From contig JAUYQR010000012.1 in the NCBI GenBank assembly GCA_030697175.1, positions 59,591 through 123,590 on the forward strand: a stretch of 64,000 nt of DNA. Direction: 5' to 3'. Made by a program: the position numbers and the translations under genes. This stretch comes from Paracoccaceae bacterium (GTDB lineage Bacteria > Pseudomonadota > Alphaproteobacteria > Rhodobacterales > Rhodobacteraceae). Below the pieces are notes generated by a model, which saw only the letters and a program-made list of their open reading frames with translations, ran no database searches and was not told the origin of the DNA. Positions 58,346 through 64,000 of the stretch are shown in pieces. The stretch's first letter is position 1; each line of letters begins with the position of its first letter.

Positions 58346-59575
58346 TCAGGTGTCTTTTCTAAGCCGCCGCAGCGTAAGCGTGTCGCGAACCTTGCGGAAG
58401 GTGCGGCTTTTCCAGCTTTTGCGCATGTTCGGCACACCGTGCGGCAGGCGGGCCTCTTCGGGAACCCCGACATGGGTCCAGCCCGATATGGTCGTTCCGG
58501 CGACGGCGCGGCGGGTGGCTTCCAGAAACCTGTGCCCATAGCGGCGGTCCGGCTCCAGATGGCACCCCTCGGCCCATTCGTTCCACGCGTTTATGAACAG
58601 TGGTCGGTTCTGGCCCGGAAACTCTTCAAGAGTTCGTCTTGCCGCCTCGGACAACCAGTATTCATAGTTCTCGGGCGTTCCGTTCATGATCACCGTGCCA
58701 CTGGCGCCGCGCCGCGCGGTATTGTCCCAAGACGGAAAGACCCCCCTGAACACGCTGCGATCAGGCCCATAGCGATTGGCCAGATACATTTCCGCCACGT
58801 CCTTGTAGTCCGGGCAATAGCCGCTGTAGCGGTCGCGAAACCGGATGGCGTGGGAAAGATCCGGGGCTTTCATGTTGTGTGGAGGAAACTCCACGCCGGA
58901 ATCAAAGCCGAATTGCGCATGGTCCCAGTTGCCATGCGTCAACGCGCAGGCCAAGTGCAATTGGCCAATCCCGACGCTTTCGCAGTAGTCACGCCACACT
59001 TGCAACGACCGGGCCGCATCTGGCAGGTGCTGCGGTCTGTAGACGATGACCAACGGTGCGCCATCAACGCGGATGTAGCGCGGGTCACGCAGGAACGGCT
59101 CAAGCGACTTGATGAATTCAAGATCATCCCCGTCGCGATACTTCTGGGCGATCAGGACTTCATGTTCCGCCGCATCCCACCGGCGTGTCCAGTTCTCGTT
59201 TGCCCAGCACAGACAGAAGGGCATGTCGCTTTCGGGGTCAGCCAGCATGTCGTTCAACGGACGTTCCAGAAGGCAATGCCCCGAGAACCAGTAGTAGTAG
59301 TAGCAAAAGCCGTGGATGCCATAGGATTTCGCCAGCGCAATCTGCGCGTGGCGCGCCTCGCGCAGCCGAAGGTCGTAAAACCCGAGGTCGGCGGGAAGAT
59401 GCGGCTGATAATGACCATCGAAATGCGGGACAGCCTTGGTGACGTTGGTCCATTCGGTAAAGCCCTTGCCCCACCAAAGGTCATTTTCCGGGATCGGATG
59501 AAACTGCGGCAGATAGAACGCGATCAGGCGCAGATCGACCCCATCAGTCCGTGCGCCCACAGAGATTCCCTTCAT
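58346..59575 (-). CDS. WbsX-family glycosyltransferase / GH99-like domain protein
   Basis: LIAFYLPQFHPIPENDLWWGKGFTEWTNV N-terminal signature of the WbsX family. Confidence 0.7.
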   Translation of the reverse strand: MKGISVGARTDGVDLRLIAFYLPQFHPIPENDLWWGKGFTEWTNVTKAVPHFDGHYQPHLPADLGFYDLRLREARHAQIALAKSYGIHGFCYYYYWFSGHCLLERPLNDMLADPESDMPFCLCWANENWTRRWDAAEHEVLIAQKYRDGDDLEFIKSLEPFLRDPRYIRVDGAPLVIVYRPQHLPDAARSLQVWRDYCESVGIGQLHLACALTHGNWDHAQFGFDSGVEFPPHNMKAPDLSHAIRFRDRYSGYCPDYKDVAEMYLANRYGPDRSVFRGVFPSWDNTARRGASGTVIMNGTPENYEYWLSEAARRTLEEFPGQNRPLFINAWNEWAEGCHLEPDRRYGHRFLEATRRAVAGTTISGWTHVGVPEEARLPHGVPNMRKSWKSRTFRKVRDTLTLRRLRKDT

Positions 59576-60468
59576 TTTTTCAGCCCCAGCAGACGCCGAA
59601 GCGACCTTGAGCGCCGGGGGGGGGCGGAAATACGACGGGCACCATCCACCGTTGGCCGCGTGTCTCGGGTGCTATCAATGGGCAGTGATGCCATTGTCTT
59701 TTCCCAGAACGCAACCGTCGCCGGATCAGGTGGCACGACCTGCTGGGTCATGAGGTCGACAGCCGCTGCGGCACGTTCAACCGGCACCGCACGACTGACA
59801 ACCTGATAGACATGCGCAAAGCGATTGCGCTGCAACGCGGCTTGCACCTCTGGCGGCATGGTACGCCAGCGATGCGCGAACTCGGTCATCTCGGGCGTTC
59901 GCACGACGAATTCAGCCTGCTCGATCACCAGTCCCTGCGACCGATAAAGCGCCTCGACATTCTTGATGCCGAAAAAGCGGATATGGGTCCGGTCCAGAAG
60001 TCCCCACGACCGATATTCAAAGTCTTCGTCGATCAGACACGCCGCAACCGCCGCGTGGCCGACATGGGGCAGCGACAGGATCACGCTGCCGGTGTCATTT
60101 AGCAGCGACTTCATTCCGCCCAGCACGGACCAGGGATCGTAGACATGCTCCAGCACGTCCGCTGCAATGACAAAGTCGAACTGGCCCTCACGGTCACGGA
60201 CCATCTCGGCCCAGCCAGCCTGATTGAGATCGGCCAAAAACACAGCGCGTGCAAACGGCTCGAGGCGTTCGATCGCAGAGGGATCAATCTCCAGCGCGAC
60301 AACATCGCAGCCCAGCGATCCCGACAGATGCCGCGTTATCGAACCCGGTCCCGCCCCGATCTCCAGCACACGGCTGCCGGGACGCACCATTCTCAGCACC
60401 CGGGCAGGTGCGACGTCGCTCGTCAGGTCGATGTCATACTCGTAAACGTGGCGCGAACTCGTACTCAC
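59572..60468 (-). CDS. Class I SAM-dependent methyltransferase with a roughly 100-aa C-terminal extension
   Basis: SAM motif I VLEIGAGPGS and motif II-like DFVIAADVLEHV. The proposed GTG start at 60468 is uncertain (the ORF runs to 60600). ATGA overlap with the WbsX start. Confidence 0.7.
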   Translation of the reverse strand: MSTSSRHVYEYDIDLTSDVAPARVLRMVRPGSRVLEIGAGPGSITRHLSGSLGCDVVALEIDPSAIERLEPFARAVFLADLNQAGWAEMVRDREGQFDFVIAADVLEHVYDPWSVLGGMKSLLNDTGSVILSLPHVGHAAVAACLIDEDFEYRSWGLLDRTHIRFFGIKNVEALYRSQGLVIEQAEFVVRTPEMTEFAHRWRTMPPEVQAALQRNRFAHVYQVVSRAVPVERAAAAVDLMTQQVVPPDPATVAFWEKTMASLPIDSTRDTRPTVDGARRISAPPRRSRSLRRLLGLKK

Positions 60469-60973
60469 ATGACACCCTGAGTTGTAAACGTCGGTCACTC
60501 TTCCTGTGCAGGAACACAAAGACAAACGCAAGTCGCGGTGCCGGTCAACGACCGATGCCGACACTTCGGCGGGCAAACGCCTCTCCCTCGCTGGCCGCAT
60601 CCCTCACCCGCGTGGGGCGAGCGTCACCTTGCGTCCGCAGGCCCCAGGATCGGTGCAACATGGTCCGTGGCAACAGTATTTGTCGGCCTTTAGCCTCGGT
60701 CCACAGCCCCCGTTGCCGGAAACGAATCGCATTATGGCGCTGGCTCGGCCTTTTGGCGTCATCAACAAGACCCAATCTCACGGTGAGTTAACGATCGCTT
60801 AACCACGCACAATCTTGGTCGCGGTCAGCGACAATGCATTGTCTTTTAGGACAGGTGCCAACGATCATCGTAGCGAGACCGAAGTCTGGATGGCATTAAC
60901 CTCTACATGGCTTCCAGCGCTGCCAGACGGCGCTCAAGCAGTCGAGTTGGTCTTTAACGAGTGTAGGGTTGAA

Positions 60974-61711
60974 ATGAAAAACGTGTTCCTGGGCGCAGCC
61001 CTTGCTGTCTGCGCGTCTGCTTCGGTAACGAGTGCAAGTCCCTTGTTTGGGTGCGAGCTAAAGAAGATCGTCGGGTCGAACGCCTACTATCGATCCGACG
61101 TGAGCTGCCAGTTCGGGGCCGGTGTGAAAGATGCCCGTGTCAAGGCATCCACACCGGCAGATCCCGAAGTGGAGACCCCGGCCGAAGAAACGCCGGTCAA
61201 GGTCATCGCCCCGGTCGAAACGCCCGATGAACCCGAGGTCGTGGACAACGAACCCCCGGTCACGGCAAATGACCCGGTCTACGAGGCACCCCAGCCCGCA
61301 GCCGAAGATGATGTATCGCAACCCGACGCTCCGATCGTGGACGAACAGGAAGACCCGGCCCCGACCAATCCGCCTGTCGTGGAAGAGCCCGCTCCCACCG
61401 ACGAGGGTGTTGACGAGACAAAGCCGGACGCGCCGGCCCCCGAGGTCGAGAAACCCGTGAAGGACGCCGATCACGACAAGGGCCACGGCAACGACGCGGA
61501 TGGCGTGGACGACGACAATCCGGCACAAACCAAAGGCGATGTGGGTCAAAACCCCGACAAGGATCCCGGCGAAGCTGACGCTGAAAAGCCGGCGCCCGAA
61601 AAAGACATGAAAGACGTGAAAGACGAAAAAGACGTGAAAGACGTGAAAGACGTGAAAGACGAAAAAGACAATAAGGACAATAAGGACAACAAGGACAAGA
61701 AGGACAAGTAA
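60974..61711 (+). CDS. Secreted, highly acidic Pro/Glu/Asp-rich protein with a C-terminal (x-K-D)12 repeat
   Basis: Start trimmed to MKNVFLGAALAVCASASVTSA (signal peptide). Two Cys in the N-terminal segment, then PE/PD-rich disorder, then DMKDVKDEKDVKDVKDVKDEKDNKDNKDNKDKKDK. Confidence 0.6.
   Translation: MKNVFLGAALAVCASASVTSASPLFGCELKKIVGSNAYYRSDVSCQFGAGVKDARVKASTPADPEVETPAEETPVKVIAPVETPDEPEVVDNEPPVTANDPVYEAPQPAAEDDVSQPDAPIVDEQEDPAPTNPPVVEEPAPTDEGVDETKPDAPAPEVEKPVKDADHDKGHGNDADGVDDDNPAQTKGDVGQNPDKDPGEADAEKPAPEKDMKDVKDEKDVKDVKDVKDEKDNKDNKDNKDKKDK
61601..61708 (+). repeat. 9-bp tandem coding repeat (gtgaaagac / gaaaaagac / aataaggac variants)
   Basis: About 12 consecutive 9-bp units read directly from the sequence at the 3' end of the acidic-protein gene. 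Confidence 0.85.
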
Positions 61712-61799
61712 GGCCGCGACCGGGATTCCGATCAGACCAACATCAATCCCGGTAAAATCCTCCCAGAAACTGGTTTCAGAAATTCATTTCAACAATATT

Positions 61800-61830
61800 G
61801 ACGGCGGCAGATCCATCTGCCGCCGTCTTC
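61800..61830 (+). terminator. Rho-independent terminator
   Basis: gacggcggcaga-tcca-tctgccgccgtc (12-bp stem) followed by ttc. Confidence 0.6.
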
Positions 61831-62105
61831 ATATCCGGCAGGATCCTTCGTTGGCACCGGGCAACCTTTTTGCATGGCACGTTGCAGATCTTTCCAATGG
61901 CGCTGGCGTAAAATCAAGGGTGCCTGCCCCGGATCATTGTTGCGCGGCAAAGGGCTGTTCAATCCCGAAAGTCACAAGGCACTCGGCCCCATTGAGCCTG
62001 GCCTCGATCTCGAAGCATTCTGGACATTTCTTCACCGTCCACAATAAAGTCAGGCGTGGCACGCCGCAACGCGCACCCACGCCACACAGGCAACGAGGGC
62101 ATATC

Positions 62106-62909
62106 TTGCAGGGCTGGGAATTCTGGTGCGTTGCCGTGCTGGTGGCGTTGATCGTGGGCTTTTCCAAAGGCGGCTGGTCGGCGATCGGCAACCTGAGTGT
62201 GCCACTGCTCAGCCTTACGGTTGACCCCCTCACCGCGGCGGGCCTGCTGCTGCCGGTCTACCTGATCAGCGACGGCTTCGGGCTTTGGGCCTATCGCCAC
62301 TCCTACGACCGGCGGGTTCTGGCGATCATGGTTCCGGCCGGACTGCTTGGCATTGCGGTTGGCTGGGCGATCATTCCGTGGGTCAATGCGAACATCTCGG
62401 GCGGCGACAGGATCATCACGGGGCTGGTCGGCACCATCGGAATCATCTTTGCGATCTACATGTTGACCGGCCGTGGCAGCGCCGGCCCGGTTCGCAAACC
62501 CAAGGTCTTGCCCGGCCTGTTCTGGGGCAGCCTTGCCGGCTTCACCAGCTATATCAGTCACGCCGGCGCGCCCCCCTACCAGACGTTCGTCCAACCGTTG
62601 CGGCTTGATCGGCTAAGCTATGCCGGAACCACGACCATCCTTTTCGCCATCATCAATCTGGCGAAACTCGGCCCGTACTGGATGACCGGGCAGGTCAACC
62701 TTGGCAGCCTGGAAACGGCAGCCTATCTGCTGGTGCCGGCGGTCGTGGGTGTCTATGTCGGCAAAAGGACGGTCGGCATGGTCAGCGAAGCGACCTTCTA
62801 CAAGGTCATAACCTGGGCCCTCCTGATTGTCGGGTTCGAACTTCTGGGCAAGGCGCTTCTGGGTGTCGATCCGATCCTTGGTTTCATCCAGACTGTCATT
62901 GGCCTTTGA
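62106..62909 (+). CDS. TauE/SafE-family anion (sulfite/sulfonate) exporter
   Basis: No ATG precedes the membrane domain. A TTG start at 62106 is proposed, giving LQGWEFWCVAVLVALIVGFSKGG. About 8 TM helices with the family's duplicated 4-TM pattern. Confidence 0.65.
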   Translation: MQGWEFWCVAVLVALIVGFSKGGWSAIGNLSVPLLSLTVDPLTAAGLLLPVYLISDGFGLWAYRHSYDRRVLAIMVPAGLLGIAVGWAIIPWVNANISGGDRIITGLVGTIGIIFAIYMLTGRGSAGPVRKPKVLPGLFWGSLAGFTSYISHAGAPPYQTFVQPLRLDRLSYAGTTTILFAIINLAKLGPYWMTGQVNLGSLETAAYLLVPAVVGVYVGKRTVGMVSEATFYKVITWALLIVGFELLGKALLGVDPILGFIQTVIGL

Positions 62910-63020
62910 CGTCAGTCGGACAAAACCCCTGAAGCTGCGAACCCAAGGTTAACACGCTGATAAAAGCGCAATTTGCGCACCATCCACTTCGGCCAACACC
63001 TGGCGCAGCCCGGGTTTCCG

Positions 63021-63539
63021 TCACCCCTCGGGCTTTGCCCGCCAGATCCGCTCGGACGTGTCCTTTTCATATCCCAGATCAGAAAAGCTGGCGATTTCCA
63101 GAGACTGTCCCCACGGAGCATTGAAGTAGATCCAGTTGAAACCGGCCAGCGGTCCTTCGGTCACGGAATTGGGCCCGTCCAGAAATTCGATGCCCTGGGC
63201 GCGCAGTCTTTCTGCGGACGCAAAGACGTCTTCAACCTCGAAACACAGATGGGTTCCGCCAATTTCCGAATTGCGCCTTGGCCGCGCCGATTTATCCTCG
63301 CCGCTATATTCAAAAAGCTCGACATTGGTGCCGGCACCGCAGCGCAGGAAAACCAGATCTTTGATCCGCGTGTGCGCCGGGGTTCCCAGCCGCCGTTCCA
63401 TGAACGCCTCGTCCACGTCGAACGCACCGGTGCGGAACACTTCGACCGCCCCGAACACCGCCTTGAAAAAGGCGATGCCTTCGTTGATGTCCGGCACCGT
63501 GATGCCGATGTGGTGCATGCCATAGACCCGCTCTGCCAT
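63021..63539 (-). CDS. VOC-family (glyoxalase/bleomycin-resistance/dioxygenase) protein
   Basis: 172 aa. MHHIGITVPDINEGIAFF and GGTHLCFEVEDV paired beta-alpha-beta-beta-beta modules. Confidence 0.75.
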   Translation of the reverse strand: MAERVYGMHHIGITVPDINEGIAFFKAVFGAVEVFRTGAFDVDEAFMERRLGTPAHTRIKDLVFLRCGAGTNVELFEYSGEDKSARPRRNSEIGGTHLCFEVEDVFASAERLRAQGIEFLDGPNSVTEGPLAGFNWIYFNAPWGQSLEIASFSDLGYEKDTSERIWRAKPEG

Positions 63540-63588
63540 GATCCGTCTCCTCCTTCATGGTGCTGTTTGTCGTGGATGATGTCCCCGG

Positions 63589-64000
63589 TCAGACCCGCTC
63601 CAGCGCGATGGCGATGCCCTGACCCACGCCGATGCACATGGTTGACAAGGATCTGCGCCCCCCGGTCAAAGCCAGTTGCAGCGCGGCGGTCCCGGTGATC
63701 CGCGCGCCGGACATGCCCAGCGGGTGGCCCAAGGCAATCGCCCCGCCGTTCGGGTTGACGCGGGCATCGTCATCGGGAACCCCCAGCGCGCGCAACGTGG
63801 CCAAACCTTGCGACGCAAACGCCTCGTTCAACTCGATCACGTCGAAATCGGCCTCGGCCAGCCCCAGCCGCGCCATCAGCCGTTCGCTGGCAGGTGCCGG
63901 GCCAAAGCCCATGATCCGCGGTGCGACCCCTGCCGTGGCCCCGCCCAGCACCCGCGCAAGCGGCGTCAGCCCATATCTCCGCGCCGCTGTCGCCGAAGCC
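63589..64000 (-). CDS. Acetyl-CoA C-acyltransferase (thiolase), C-terminal fragment; gene runs off the right edge
   Basis: [20 protein letters not shown] and CIGVGQGIA thiolase C-terminal signatures. The reading frame stays open to the window end. Confidence 0.85.
   Translation of the reverse strand, partial: ASATAARRYGLTPLARVLGGATAGVAPRIMGFGPAPASERLMARLGLAEADFDVIELNEAFASQGLATLRALGVPDDDARVNPNGGAIALGHPLGMSGARITGTAALQLALTGGRRSLSTMCIGVGQGIAIALERV

Noticed and set aside
61934-62233. Cys-rich small ORF (CKICPRC...CPEC) antisense upstream of the tauE-like gene, considered as a zinc-ribbon micro-protein
   Set aside because: The only Met lies far upstream, inside the tauE-like coding region on the other strand. 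The candidate internal GTG has no Shine-Dalgarno sequence. The Cys spacing is not a clean double CxxC knuckle.

Overview
High-GC alphaproteobacterial chromosome segment. The Rhodobacteraceae-like assignment is inferred from GcrA, ChvE-GguABC-GbpR synteny and strong GC3 codon bias. All family calls come from reading motifs in the supplied translations; no database search was run. About 60 genes are supported.

- **1-27.8 kb: housekeeping genes.** meaB fragment, hrpB, argF-argD, gcrA, asmA-like, rimO, dgkA, HDAC-like, mce, aspS, pabB plus pabC-like, carB.
- **28.5-37 kb: inositol/rhizopine (moc)-like catabolic locus.** It has a MocD/MocE-like desaturase-Rieske pair and a divergent PanB-like gene.
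- **37-40.6 kb: PepSY-response regulator-histidine kinase operon.** A secreted coiled-coil protein is encoded divergently. It and the PepSY protein both carry long Gly/Asn-only tracts.
- **41-57.5 kb: an ABC exporter, then a roughly 13 kb sugar super-locus.** This comprises a GntR regulator, ytfQRT-yjfF-like genes, galM, a KGSADH-like dehydrogenase, and gguC-gguB-gguA-chvE with divergent gbpR.
- **57.4-61.8 kb: AT-richer islet.** It starts at an rpiB-like remnant and holds a tightly coupled methyltransferase-WbsX-sulfotransferase cassette and an acidic repeat-tailed secreted protein.
- **62-64 kb:** tauE-like gene, VOC protein and a thiolase fragment.

The most unusual sequence-level observation is at 49901-50066. 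The last five codons plus the stop codon of the aldehyde dehydrogenase gene are tandemly reiterated about 8 times, in frame, right up to the galM start.

Other structure not explained by genes:
- a dispersed hairpin-containing intergenic repeat family
- a 30-bp-arm palindromic element overlapping the pabC-like 3' end
- inverted GGN-coding repeats
- 11-bp direct repeats in a divergent promoter

No tRNA/rRNA genes, CRISPR arrays, integrases, transposases or recognisable defence genes were seen.
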